From Hypanus sabinus (lineage: Eukaryota): 64,000 nucleotides of DNA. The stretch lies in contig NC_082717.1 in the NCBI RefSeq assembly GCF_030144855.1, positions 101,308,001-101,372,000 of the forward strand, given 5' to 3'. The stretch's first letter is position 1; each line of letters starts with the position of its first letter. The translations under genes were made by a program, and so were the position numbers. The notes under the pieces are model-generated. The model was not told the origin of the DNA and searched no databases. It was given only the letters and a program-made list of their open reading frames with translations. Shown piece after piece: positions 49,251-63,320 of this stretch.

Positions 49251-50953
49251 CTTCAGAAATGGGTCCTTCACTCCAGCTCAGTTTCGGGCAGACGGATTCA
49301 AGGAGGTTCTCAGAACTTCCTTAAAAAAATGCACTGACTCCTGGGAATCCGTTGCCCACAGCCATTCAAAGTGGAGGTGGGATATTCAGGAGTTGTTGAG
49401 TCCGTGCATCAGGAGCACACTGAGGCCCCAAACTAACAGAAAGATGGCAATATCTCACACACCACCCCATCCCTCTCAACCCCTGCCTTGGGCAAGAGGC
49501 CATGCTGCACACGTTGCTATCATCAGTCACCTAAAAGATCAGACTGACAGTAAGGCACTGAGGATTGTATATTGGCATTAAGAGACAAATGGTTGACTGA
49601 CAGGAAATGGAGGTAGGAATAAGTGGGTCTATACACAGGAAGTCAGACTCAGAATCAGGTTTAATATTACCAGCATACATCATAAAATGTGTTGTTATGC
49701 AGCAATGGTACATTGCAATATACAATAATAAAAACTTAATTACAGTAAGAAGTATTTGTATATATATTTTTAAAGTTTAATTAAGTAGTGCAAAAAGAAA
49801 TTTGAAACAAAATAGTGAGGATTCAATGTCCATTTAGGAATCGGATGGCAGAGGGGAAGAAGCTGTTCCTGAATCGCTGAGTGTGTGCCTTCAGGCTCCT
49901 GTACCTCCTCCCTGATAAGAGGACATATCCTGGATGATGGGTCCTTAATGATGGCTACCTACTTTGAGCCAACCACAATGTGCTGCTGTGCCACAGGTTC
50001 TGCCCTCAGATCCGGCAGTGGGTGAGGGCTCTGGTTTAAGCTGTGGGGAAACTGAGACCCAGGCGTGCGAGTCTGCCACTGAGCTTGGGCTACGAGAAAC
50101 GTCTGTACTGTATGCAGTTCTGGTCACCACATTGCGGGAAGGATGTTGCTGGGGAGAAAAGTAAAAGCAGGTATGATGGCAACATTCAAGAGACATTGGA
50201 GTGGACACATGAAGAGAGGAATACAGGCAGACGGGACTAGTTTAGATTGGGCTGTTCCTGTGCTACATTATCCTTTGTCCTACGCCTAGGTCTGTGGCCA
50301 CAAATATCCCTGTTAACGTAAGAAAGCTGATGAATGAGTGGTGAGCTGGCCATTCGTCTGATGCCCCAGATTTCAGTTTGTGTCGATGATAACTAAAGAT
50401 GTGAAGATAGGATATTTCCTGTTCTAAGTTCAGTCTCCTCACCTGTGCCCAGGGTCTTTCCCCTCTCCACACTGTGGTCAGTCCTCCGCCCACACTAATC
50501 TGCAATTTTCTCACTTCATTTCCTTCTGACATTTGCAAGCTATTGTTTGGGTGCAGGGCAATAAATAAGTCCCAAGTAGGTTCACCGACATTCCTGCAGC
50601 CAATAATCAAAGCTCAGAACCAGCCTAGGAAAAAGATAAAAAACTGTTTGCAAGATCGTAACTCCTCTTCGTTCTCTTACATAGGGAACAGTGAACTCAG
50701 AAGCACTGATCTTAATGGGGCACCTATGAGGAAGAAAGGGCTTTCCAATTACACTTTCCCCAGAGGATTTAGTTGTATTGGGACGTTTTCTAGTTAAACC
50801 TTGGACTCTACTGGATAGCTCCATCACCATCAACCTAGCACTGCGCACTCAAATGTAAGATGCGGCCCAGATCAGTGCAATCAGCAAAGCTGGAAAAAGC
50901 CTGCAGTTCAAAACACAAAGACCTGGTGGGACTGCTAAACCAAGGTTATCTGG

Positions 50954-51240
50954 GGGACCACGGTAGCGTAGCGGTTAGCGCGACACTATTACAGCTCACA
51001 GCGGAGTTCAGAGTTCAATCCTGGTGTCCTCTGTAAGGAGTCTCGGTACGCCCTCCAGGTAAAACGTGTATCTTTTCTCCGGGTGTTCCGGTTTCTTCTC
51101 ACAGTCCAAAGGCGTGCTGATTAGTGGGGTAATTGGTCCTTGTAACTTGTCCCGTGATTAGCCTAGGGTTGAATCAGGGGTTGTTGGGCTTTGCTGGGTG
51201 GCTGGATGGGCCTATTCCGCGCTGTATCAAAATAAACAAA
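50954..51240 (+). mobile_element. Full-length V-SINE/HE1-type SINE
   Basis: A box TAGCGTAGCGG, B box AGTTCAATCC, V core, CR1-like tail gggcctattccgcgctgtatc. Confidence 0.8.
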
Positions 51241-54200
51241 CAAATGGGTAGATAGATAAATAAATAAAAGGGTGGGTGAATAAATAGACAGATAAATTAA
51301 TTAATTACAATATGATACTAAGGGTGGGTCATTTTCAATAACTGCACTTAGTGGATATTAACCCATTAACGGCATGGTTGAGGGAACCCATCGTGACTGA
51401 AGAGACTGAGTTACAGAGAGGCTGATCTTATAGAGGTGTGCTGTGTATAATCATGACAGACATTGGTGGGGAGAACACACCCAGTCTGTTCTCCAGGACT
51501 GGGGTATCAGGAAATAGACAGCAGAGGTTTAAGGTGAGGAGAAAGAGTGAAAGGGGATGTGAGGGGCACAGAGGGTGATGGGTACATGGACACAGCTGCC
51601 AGAGGAAGTGTTTGAGGTGGGTACAGTTAGACCACTTAAAAGGCATTTGGGTGAGGACACGGATAGGAAAGGTTCGGAGGGATATGGGTCAAAGAGGGAT
51701 AGCTTGGCTGGCATGGAGAAGTAGGGCTGAAGGGCCTGTGTATAACTTTGACACTCTGACTCCAGTCCAAGAGCTGCAGGGCCAAGTCTGCACCAGAGGC
51801 ACTGTTTTAGTTTACTGAAGGGTATGCAATGGCACTCAGCAACAATTGTTTACTGGAGAAAGTGAAGATGATTTCCCTGTTAACACAATGTTGCCAGTGA
51901 GTGTGGGCATTCACCCTTGCTCTCTCCTTCCATCTCATGATCAACAAGCTGCATTGTGGTTGATGGCAGATACCCGTGGCATTCATGGACTCGGGGCCTG
52001 TTCACAGCCGCCAGGAGAGGTGTCAGAGCCAGTGCACTCCACTGGGGGCAGTGTGCACAGCTTGTGTGACTGTTGGCCCAGGTGTATGGTTGAATGACAA
52101 TAAAACCTGAACTTGTCTGTTTCCAGAGTGCACAATCAGCATGCCAGCTTTGCCATCTGTTACATGATATTCCATGTTGCCCACCATAACTGGGCCTTGG
52201 AACCTGGGGAGGCCACTGTTACTGGCTCACATCCTTCCAGCGGACTTGAGCCACAGTGATGTTGTATCACTCCAGATGTTGCTCCGGTGTGTCCAGCTGG
52301 TGGTGGACGGTGGGGATCAGAGCTGCCCAAGTGGAGCCCAATCTGAGGCTTGATTTCAAACACACCCTTCCCCGGACAGCTAAAGGTCATGTCTGTCCTC
52401 ATTCAGAGTTTGCTACAGAGTCTTGCCATGGGCCTTCATTGCCAGTGAAAGATGTATAATGGGGATAGGTTCAAAGTCAGTTTATTGCCAAAGGACATAT
52501 ATGTCATCATATACAACCCTGAGATTCATTTTTTTACGGGCTTACTCAATAAACCCATTACAGAAGCAATGGAAGACCACACCAACTGGGTGTTCCACCA
52601 GTGTGCAAAAGACAACAAACTGCCAATACAAAAAGAAATATTAGTAATAATAAATAAATAAGCAATAACTATTAAGAACACAAGATGAAGAGTCTTGAAA
52701 GCAAGTCCACAGGTTATGAGAACACTTCAATGACAGGGCAAGTGAAGTTGAGAGCTATCCCCTTTGGTTCGAGAATCTGATGGTTTGGGGTAATAACTTC
52801 CTAAACTGGTGGTGTGAGTCCTGAGGCTCCTGTACCTTTTTCCTGATGGCAGCAGTGCTGCTTTCCTATGACTGTGCTTTGTGTAGATGTGCCCAATGGT
52901 GAGGAAGCCTTTACCTGTGATGGACTGGGCCACATCCACTATTAAAATTTTCCGTTCAAGGGCACCGGTGTTTCCACACTAGGCTGTGATGTGGGTTGCA
53001 GGTCTTCCAGTGTAAGGTGAACTTCCTTCAATCTTTAGTGAGTGAATTGGTAAAGGTTTGGGGTTCAATCCACCAGCGACACACATATACTGCAGCCTTG
53101 TCCTTCATTACTTTCTCACCACTGCCTTTGCTCTCTCTCCCCAAACTCTCTCATTAATTGTCTGCCTTCCATTTCCACTTCTAATTAATTCCCTTTTTGT
53201 GGTCCCCAGGTTCCCATGGTTCATTCCTGTCAGAACCAGCAGCAAATCTCCATGTGGAGAGATTTTCTGTGGTGGTGGTGATGTACCAGCAGAGTCCAAC
53301 AATCCGGCCCTCTTGTTCCCTCATCCTTTACCCATTTCCTTCTTTGGTTCCTCCTCATTCATTAACATCTGTGTTTCTATGTTCCATTTTTCACTTACTC
53401 TTAACCATATTTCTTTCATATATTTATCTCTCATTTTTATCATTCACATATTTCTGTTTGTAGACATTAGATTCTTTCATATTCTCTCAAATTGCTTCTC
53501 TCCTCACTTCCCTCTTCCCTTTCTCCCCTCACTTACCTTTCCCCCCTCACTTACCTTTCCCCTTCATCTGTCACCCCTCCCTCTCCCTATCTATCATCTT
53601 TATCCCTCACTGTATTCATTCTTTCCCTCTCTCACCTGTCCCTTTTCCTTCTCTCCCTCTCCTCCCCAGTGCTGCTGTCTCTCCTTCTAAAGCCCAGGGA
53701 TGGCTGTGATCAGTATGCTATTGAAGCTGTGATCTCTCAGCACACACTAAGTGAAACAGGTAGGTGCAACTGCAACGGAACAATGGTTACTCAAAAAGCC
53801 AAGATATGTGTTTCCTGAATAATTCTTGGTATTTCCACACTCAACTCAAACTTCAAATGAGATCCAAATAAATATTGACGTTATGAATAATTAAATTGAT
53901 AAGCAAAGGAACAATCTACCACAAAGGCTCATCCGGTGCTGCCAGTACTTACAGGTATAAAAATATTACCAAGCAACTCTTTGAAAGCACATGCTGAGGA
54001 AGAGCTGTTCACCTGTCACCACAGATTCTGGGTAGTAGTCAGGCTTTACACCAAGCAGAAAGTTTGCTCTTGTTGTTTTAAAGTATGCCCGATAAACAAG
54101 TATTAATATCGATGAGGTGAATTGTCAGGGGAGGGAGATAATCACCTATGATGAGGCACCCAGCTCACGGTAATGCTATGCATCCGCTTCCTCCTACCCA

Positions 54201-55137
54201 GCTTGAGGTTGGCTTCGTCATTCTGTGCATAAGGAAAGAACTCAGGATAGTGACTGCCAAGTCAACACACTCCTCTCCCAGTTTAATTCTCAGTACTATC
54301 TTACATTTGCTTTGACAAAGTCTTACAAAACCACACATCCCTACACCAACTCTTTCATCAGGTGTGCAATGACAGCTTTGAACAGTTTCTGAAATTATAA
54401 GCAAAGCTTATTCATGAAGGAAATCCAGTGAGAAACATTTTCTCTGTTCAATTCAAGTTTAATTGTCATTCAAACATACTTGAACACTCATGAATAGTTA
54501 AACGAGACTGTATTACACTGCAACCAAGGTGAAAAACACACTACCAACAGTCACACACGGCACAAAGCGCATACAAGATAGCAAGCACATGTAAGATATC
54601 AGTAAGGTACAGCCACGCAAAAGAAGAGTGTGGACCCTGAGTCCATGAGTGCCACAGAAATCTGCAGTCAACCACGATACAGCTTGTCTTCTGCCAAGCG
54701 AACACTGGGGGCCAGCACCAACTCCAGCATGCCTCCAGTATGCACCGACTCTGACGCCACTCTCCTGGGTGGTTGCAAATGGACGTCGCCACGACTTGAG
54801 GCGTACTCCTGACTACGACCGATGCCACACAGCTCCTCTGCTATCCGGCCCTCCCATTTGCCAATAAAACAGTGAATCAGACTTGCAGTGTTCCATACCA
54901 GCAATGTCCATCAGGATCTAGCAATCACTAGACAATCACTCACTGTTAGGCTGCACCGATGTCTCTCTGTCACAGGCAGCATCAAGATCTGCACTGTCTG
55001 GCTCCTTCAGTTTCTCCACCAGCAAGCAGCTTGAAGTTCTTAATGTCCAGCGGGACGTTGCAATCATAAAAATTATATTTAAAAGAAACAAGAGCACCGT
55101 TGGTTGATCCCGTAGAAGCTGCTGTTTCCCATCACCC

Positions 55138-56110
55138 CAGGATAGGGTTTCCCTTGTCCACACTTACCAGCCCATGACCCTAAGCATCCAATACATCATT
55201 CTTTGTGTTAGAGTGATCCTACCACCAGGCATATCTTTCCCACGTTTCCCCTGCCCTCCCCACTTTCTGCAGGGATTGCTCTCCCTAGTCTGCTCATCCC
55301 TCCCCACCAATCCCCTCCAGACACTTATCATGCAAATATGCTTCAGCCTCTATACTGTAGCCCCTCCCTCAACACCATTCAGATTCTAAAGTTCAGTCCC
55401 TCCAGGTGAGGCTGTTCTTCAAATGTGAATCTACTGATACAATTTACTACAACCTGTTCTCCTGGTGTGGCCTCTTCTAGTAGATTGAGGGATCACCTCA
55501 CCAAGTACCTTCAATCTGTCTGCTGTAACAGCCGGGCCAGAATTAAAGTGGTCAGTCATTTTAATTATACTCCTCAATCCCATACAGATGCGTCAGTCCA
55601 CAGCCTATTGCCACATTGAGAAGCAACATCTCATATTCTGACCTGATTATCTCTAACCTTACAGCATCAACACTGAATTCTCAAACTTGCAGAAACCATT
55701 GCCCCCTCTCCACAATCCTCCCACCACTCTTTTCCTTTCCTCTTATTCCTGTGGCTCCTTCACTTCTCTTTTCCCTCCCATGCCTTCTATTGCCTTCACC
55801 CTCTTCTCTCCTGTTCCTCACCACCTCCTCTTTATTCCATAAACTATTGTCTTCTATTAAACTCTTCCTTGTTCATCCCTTTGCCTCTTACACCTATCCC
55901 ATCAGGCTTCATATATCATTCCCCTCCCCAACTTCTCCCTCTCACTGAACTTCACCTATCATTTTCCAGCTCATTCCTCTCCCCACCCTCCTGCCTTCCA
56001 CCCCATTCCTTTACAGTCCTGAAGCAAGGTTTCAGCCTGAAATGCCATTTGTATATTTCCCTCCATAGATGCTGCCTGACTTGCTGAGTTCCTCTGGCAT
56101 TTTATGTGTG
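55138..56110 (+). mobile_element. Penelope-like element 3' part (decayed GIY-YIG region and pLTR)
   Basis: DRV.LV.TYQP..LSIQ.IIL; decayed C..C region; pyrimidine-rich UTR; degenerate hammerhead ~56013-56050. Confidence 0.7.
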
Positions 56111-56199
56111 TTGTTGCCTCTTTTATCCTTGAGTGGACCTATTGTTTCCTGGTTATATTCCTTTCAAAAATATAATTATACAATATTGGGATTTTCCTT

Positions 56200-59100
56200 G
56201 ACCTGCTCACCGAGGACAACAGAAAGATTATAAAGATTAATACGTGGCTGAGAGGATGGTACAGGAGGGAGGGCTTCAGGTTTGTAGATAATTGGGCTCT
56301 GTTCCAGGGAAGGTGGGATCTGTTCCGAAGGGACGGTTTACACCTGAACTGGAGCGGTACTAACATTCTTGCAGGAAAGTTTGCTAGTGCTTCTTGGGGG
56401 GGGTTTAAACTAAATTTGCAGGGGGTGAGGATCCAGAATGTGAGAGAGGATAGCGAGAGGAAGAATAAAGGACAGGTGGGGACTACACGGTTCCGGAATA
56501 TTAAGTGCGTAGTAGAGAAAGGTGAGGCGGAACAAGTGATAAGGACACATGTACAGAGGGATGGTCTGACGGAACATGGAGTTAAATGTGTTGAAAGGAT
56601 AAGTAAATTTAGGAAGGACAACAAAATTCGAGGGGCTTATAGCCCGATGGGAGTTTGGGGAGCTGGGTTAAGCACAATAGGCAGCGATTCAAACAGAGAG
56701 AGGAGAAATGGGCTAAAAATTCTATATCTGAGTGCACGAAGTGTCAAAAATAAGGCAGATGAGCTTGAAGCTGTTATGAATGTGCCACAACTCTGAGGGG
56801 CCGAAGGGTACAAAGTAGCCTCCTCCTTTTTGAGAAGCGCAAGATCACTATTAATTTGGGTCTGGGACCCAGGAAATGAGAGAGAATCCTCAAGGTTTTG
56901 GAATGTGTCCTGGCCTCAGCGAGACAAAGCTATGGATAACGGCCATTGTCTCTTGGAGACAGAATTGTGTATTGAGTACTGTACAATTCATTGAAGCCCC
57001 TCAGGGGACGACCAGAGTGGTCTGGTTGAGGGATTGCATCATCCCAACCTGATTGACATCTGAGACCCCGTGAGTAAGGATAAAAGAGGGTCTGGGGAAC
57101 AACCCCTTTAGACGCACAAGGAGAAACGCTAGAAATCCCGTGACAGCATTTAGTAGCGACAGCCGGTAGGGGGCTCGCGTGCGTCCTTTCCCTTTGCCTG
57201 GGATTGGGGCCTCACCATGGAAGAACGGCTTTAGCTAAAGGAGAGGCCACAAGTGAACTGCCACAACAACGGAACTCTCGAAGGATCGAAATCATAAAAA
57301 GGAAAAGCTGGCAAGTTTCTAAAAATCTCTCTTGACTCCAACCAAAGGCTGCAGCCTGAATGAAGTGAGTGACTTTTATATTTCCATCGGACAATACATT
57401 TACCCCTAGACAATGATAGAGCTATTTCTTATTGATTATTATTATACCCGCGCTTTTAGATTTAGTATTGACGATGTATATTATCTGTATGTTTGCATTG
57501 ATATTATTTTTGTGTATTTTTATTAATAAATACTGTTAAAAATAGTACCATCAGACTTCAACGGACCTCTCTATCTTTGCTGGTAAGTGACCCAGTTACG
57601 GGGTTCGTAATAAAGCCCAGGTGCGAATGGGTAACTATGATGTTGTTGGGATAACGGAGACATGGCTGCAGGGAGATCAGACCTGGGAAATGAATGTACA
57701 AGGGTATACGTGCTATTGTAGGGGCAGAAATGTGGGCAGAAGGGGTGGGGTGGCCCTGTTGGTGAGGAATGAGATTCAGTCCTTTGCAAGGGGGGACATA
57801 GGGTCAGGAGAAGTAGAGTCTGTGTCGATAGAACTGAAGAACAGTAAGGGCAAAAGGACCCAAATGGGTGTTGTCTACAGGCCACCAAACAGTAGCATGG
57901 ATATTGGGTGCAAGTTGAATAGGGAGTTAACATTGGCATGTGGCAAAGGTAATGTCCCAGTAGTTATGGGGGATTTCAACATGCAGGTGAACTGGGAGAA
58001 TCAGGTTGGTGCTGGACCACAGGATAGGGAGTTTGTAGAGTGCCTACAAGATGCATTCTTGGAACAGCTTGTACGAGAGCCAACCAGGGACAAGACTATT
58101 CTGGATTTAGTGTTATGTAATGAACAGGATTTGATAAGCGATCTTGCAGTAAAGGAACCATTAGGAGGTAGTGATCATAATATGTTAAGTTTTTATCTGC
58201 AATTTGAGAAAGATAAGGGCAGCTTGGAGGTGTCAGTGTTGCAGTTGAACGGGGGAAACTATGGAGCCATGAGGGAGGAGCTGGCCAAAGTTGACTGGAC
58301 GGATAGCCTAGTAGAAAAGACAGTGGAACAGCAATTGCAGGTATTCTTGGGAATAATGCACAAGGTGCAAAATCAGTTCATCCCCCAGAGAAGGAAGGAT
58401 TCAAAGGAGGGAAAGGGGCCACAGTGGTTGATAAAGGAAGTCAGAGATTGCATAGCATTAAAAAAAAGGAAGTATGACAGAGCTAAGGTGAGTGGGAGGA
58501 CAGATGATTGGGAAGTTTTTAAGGAACAACAGAACTTAACTAGAAAGACAATACGGGGAGAAAAGATGAGGTACGAATGCAAGCTAGTCAGGAATATAAA
58601 GGAAGATAGCAAAAGCTTTTTTAGGTATGTGAAGAGAAAGAAGATAGTTAAGAACAATGTTGAGTCCATGAAGAATGAATTGGGTGAAATTGTTATGGGA
58701 GATAGAGAAATGGCAGAAGAATTTAATGAGTACTTTAGATCTGTTTTCACTAAGGAAGACACAAGCAATCTCCCAGATGTTTGGATGGGCCAAGGACATA
58801 GGGTAACAGAGGAAATGAAACAGATTGACATTAGGAAGGAAACGGTGATGAGAAGACTGATGGGACTGAAGGCTGATAAATCCCCAGGTTCAGATGGTCT
58901 GCATCCTAGGGTACTAAAGGAGGTGGCTCTGGAAATAGCGGATGCATTGGTAATCATTTTCCAATGTTCCTTAGCTTCAGGATCAGTTCCTGAGGATTGG
59001 AGAATGGCTAATGTTATCCCACTTTTTAAGAAAGGAGGGAGGGAGAAAACAGAGAACTATTGACCTGTCAGCCTGACATCGGTGGTGGGGAAGATGCTGG

Positions 59101-60422
59101 AGTCCATTATTAAGGAAGAAATAGTGGCATATCTAGATAGCAGTGATAGGATTGGGCCGAGCCAGCATGGATTTACCAAGGGTAAATCGTGTTTAACCAA
59201 TCTGTTGGAGTTTTTCGAGGATGTAACCAGGAAGTTAGACGGGGGAGATCCAGTGGATGTAGTTTTCAGTTTTCAGAAGGCGTTTGATAAGATACCACAT
59301 AGGAGATTGGTGGGTAAAATCAAAGCTCAGGGCATCGGGGCGAAGACATTGACATGGATAGAAAACTGGTTGGCAGATAGAAAGCAAAGGGTAGTGGTGA
59401 AAGGGTGTTTCTTGGAATGGCAGGTGGTGACTAGTGGGGTGCCACAGGGCTCGGTATTGGGACCACAGCTGTTTACCATTTACATCAACGATTTGGATGA
59501 AGGCATTGAAAATAACATCAGCAAATTTGCTGATGATACTAAGCTGGGTGGCAGTGTGACATGTGATGAGGATGTTAGGAGAATTCAGGGTGACTTGGAT
59601 AGGCTGGGTGAGTGGGCAGATATTTGGCAGATGACGTTTAATGTGAATAAGTGTGAGGTTATCCACTTTGGGAGTAAGAACAGGAAGGCAGATTATTATC
59701 TGAATGGTGTAGAGTTAGGTAAGGGAGAAATACAAAGAGATCTAGGAGTCCTTGTTCATCAGTCACTGAAGGTGAATGAGCAAGTGCAGCTGGCAGTGAA
59801 GAAGGCTAATGGAATGTTGGCTTTTATTACAAAGGGAATTGAGTACAAGTGCAAGGAAATCCTCTTACATTTGTACAGAGCCCTGGTGAGACCACACCTG
59901 GTCTCCAGGGTTAAGGAAGGACATCCTGGCTGTAGAGGAAGTGCAGCGTAGATTCACGAGGTTAATTCCTGGGATGTCTGGACTGTCTTACGCAGAGAGG
60001 TTAGAGAGACTGGGCTTGTATACGCTGGAATTAAGGAGATTGAGAGGGGATCTGATTGAAACTTATAAGATTATTAAAGAATTGGACAAGATAGAGGCAG
60101 GAAATATGTTCCAGATGCTGGGAGAGTCCAGTACCAGAGGGCATGGTTTGAGAATAAGGGGTAGGTCATTTAGGACAGAGTTAAGGAAAAACTTCTTCTC
60201 CCAGAGAGTTGTGGGGGTCTGGAATGCACTGCCTCAGAAGGTAGTGGAGGCCAATTCTCTGGATGCTTTCAAGAAGGAGCTAGATAGGTATCTTATGGAT
60301 AGGGGAATCAAGGGATCTGGGGACAAGGCAGGAACTGGGTATTGATAGTAGATGATCAGCCATGATCTCAAAATGGCAGTGCAGGCTTGAAGGGCCGAAT
60401 GGTCTACTTCTGCACCTATTGT
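56200..60422 (+). mobile_element. Young, near-intact CR1 LINE (end of ORF1 esterase, ORF2 EN-RT 57617-60345)
   Basis: DGLHLN; GITETW, MGDFN, GSDHN, GVPQGSVLGP, FADD; disabled by LTR insertion, TGA at 59061 and a short frameshifting deletion near 59900. Confidence 0.96.
56772..57612 (+). mobile_element. Solo LTR (841 bp, Gypsy-like) in CR1 ORF2
   Basis: TGTTATGAA...TTCGTAATA termini, 4-bp TSD AAGC (56768-56771/57613-57616); removal restores DELEAQVRMGNYDVV. Confidence 0.88.
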
Positions 60423-61373
60423 CACTTCATGGTCCCCTTCACACTTCCTAATCACCAGCACGAGCTCTTTGTTGCTCTCTTTATATTCCACAAAGATATG
60501 GTTCCTTTCCCTTCTTGACTAATTTTATGGTCTCTCGACCATCCAAGCTTCGTTGACTTTACCATCTTTATTCTAACTCTTTAGCAGAATGCGCTGATCC
60601 TGAGTTCAGATCAGCTGATATTTAAACAACTCTCACCTGACAGATGTGGATTTGTCTGACAGAGGTTGCTCCCAATCAATGACCCTTAAGCTCCTGTCTT
60701 ATTCCAAAACGTATTACCTCCCCGCAACATCTGATTTTATCCTTACTTTTAACTGTCTTAAAACATAAGGAGATGTAGTCACTACTCCCAAAATGTTCAC
60801 CCATTATCAGGTCAGCCCTCAAAGGCTGATGTTGTTTTCTTTGATAGAGAGGATGCAGCGGGGAGACAAAACTGAGATTGCAACAAAAGTATTTCCTCCC
60901 ACTCCCCTCTTTCCTTGTCACCCTTCTAGCTTTTTACCTCTTCTCACCTACCTATCACTTCCTACGGGTCTCCCCCTCCTCATGGTCCACTCTCCCCTCC
61001 AGATTCTGTCCTCTCCAGCCCTTGACCTTTCCCACCCACCTGGCTTCACCTATTCTCTTCAGAGGTGTCAGTGGTCACATAACCAGGACTTGCGATCTTC
61101 ACCAGCTGCTCATATGACCATCCACCACCTGCCCCCATGGCTTCACCTGATCCTGATCGGGGGCTAAGCAGGTACTACACCCTGTCCAAAGGTGACCTGC
61201 AGGCTAGTGGAAGGAAGGAGCACTTTACACCTCCTTTGGTAAAGACATATCGCCACCTTGCCACCCAGACCTTAGAGTAGAAGATCTAAAAAGTCAGCAG
61301 AACTGATGAGCCAAAGGGTCTGTACTGTGCTGTAATGAACCATGTTCTACAATTAAACAACTTGTAGAACCCG

Positions 61374-61563
61374 ACTGACAGGAGCTGGACTGCGGTGAGG
61401 CTCGTAGACAGACACAGGATAGAGCTGGAGGAACAGACAGAATGTTGTACCATTGCCCCACTGAAGCTACTGACAGGAGCTGGACTGCGGTGAGGCTCGT
61501 AGACAGACACAGGATAGAGCTGGAGGAACAGACAGAATGTTGTACCATTGCCCCACTGAAGCT
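61374..61563. repeat. Perfect 95-bp tandem duplication
   Basis: 61374-61468 identical to 61469-61563. Confidence 0.95.
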
Positions 61564-63009
61564 CCAGGAAGCATTTACTTTAGCTAATAATCTTGTTAGC
61601 TCTGCTCAATGGGATAAGTGTGCTTTCAGTCTTAGTTTATGTCAGGAGCCTGTGCTGTGAGCTGAACCCTGGTCAGAGGAAGAGCTTCACCACGGAAGCT
61701 GCTGCCTTGCTGTGGAACATTGAACATCGGTGCAGATACTTCCTGTGTTTACCACACTCATTTCTTCCACCTGACTGATGTGTCAAACTTTGGAAATCTC
61801 CAAGCATCACTTGATCAAAGGCGAAGGAAACCATCTTTGGGGAAAATGAAAAAAATCGTGGTACGGTTATGATTCTTCTTGATCCTGAATGGGTTGATAT
61901 CACCAAGAATGACTAATTTGATCACTAACAGCTGTAGAAAACACAGTTCACTTATTGAACAGAAGCAGCAGATTCGTTCCCACTTTTCCTGCTCTTTTAT
62001 GGGCACACCTTCATTAAGCAGCTTTGATTTTGAACAGCCCCTCGAATTATAACTCACACCTCACACACCACACATCTCTGAATGCCTGTGACACAGCATT
62101 AGCCCTTCAACAGTGGGTATCCCGCTCCCAAGCCCAGCACATCAGCATTTCCCCACAGGTGCAGATTGGAGATTCCCAGACTCATTCCACAAGAGGACCA
62201 GGCCAAGTCCCTTTTTTAAAGCCTTCCCTAACTGCTGAAATTTAAGCATCGGGATAAGGGTGGGTTTAAGCAGGCCAGACCAGGATCTCCACCTCACCTT
62301 AAAATGTTCATCACCACATAGCATGGGCTATCAAATGTGTGTCACTGAGGAAAGGACAATCCCTAATTAAACCTGACCAGACCTCACCTTGAGATGAGTC
62401 ATCAAGCCTCTTCCCTGCTCCCCATAGGATGCTCGATTCCACTCAGAATTGGTCAGTGGAGCTGTAGGGATTGTCATTTTAATATTAGCAAATGGGGAAG
62501 AACATCGACTGTTTATTCACTTTCATAGACACTGCCTGATCTGCAGAGTTTCTCCAGTATTTTGTGTGTGTTTGTAACCAACTGAAGGAGTAAATTTCTA
62601 ATCCTGCCCAATATGCCAGCCAGCCTCTCACACCCATCTTGTCACTCAGTAACATCCGGGCTAATCTTTGACCCCCACCAGCAACACTTTTCAACGCTAA
62701 CTCCTCATCCTTTCATTCCACCAATCTTTGCGTTGAGAGCTGGTGAGCTCTGTAGTCATACAAAAGAGAATGACGAAGGAAGGTTCAACCCTTTATTACC
62801 AGAACCCTGATTGCCAGACAGCCCAGACAGCCCCAAATATACTGTTCAGAGCGGTGTATGTTTCAGTACAGGGCACCAACATGTACAGTATACCCATTGT
62901 ACAGGATGCCCATCTTTAACACCAGAAAATCATGAACACACCTTTAACTACAGCAGCATTGCTCTTACACATAGGGATAGAGGTAGGGTATATGCAAGGA
63001 TATGGGGAG

Positions 63010-63320
63010 TACAGATAGGGCCTTTTCCTGCTGGGATAGGCTGAGACCAGACCCAGAGGTCATAGGTTAAGGTTGAAAGGTGAAATGATTAAAGGGAACA
63101 TGAGGGGGATTTTCTTCATCCAGAGGGTGGTGAGAGTGTGGAATGAGCTGGCAGCGCAAGTGGTGGATGTGGGTTTGATTTCAACATTTAAGGGAAATCT
63201 GGATAGGTACATGGATGGGAGAGTTATGGTCCATTACAGATCAATGGAACAAGGCAGGATAATAGCTTGGCATAGACTAGATAGGCAAAGGGACTGTTTC
63301 TGTGCTGTAGTGTTTTATGA
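63010..63320 (+). mobile_element. CR1 LINE 3' fragment
   Basis: FFIQRVVRVWNEL...FK.NLDRYMD. Confidence 0.85.

Noticed and set aside
53058-53690. 210-aa hydrophobic ORF
   Set aside because: Pyrimidine-rich low-complexity DNA mimicking transmembrane segments
53953-54012. 60-nt candidate minus-strand exon with |gtaagta donor
   Set aside because: Weak polypyrimidine tract, isolated, peptide unrecognised
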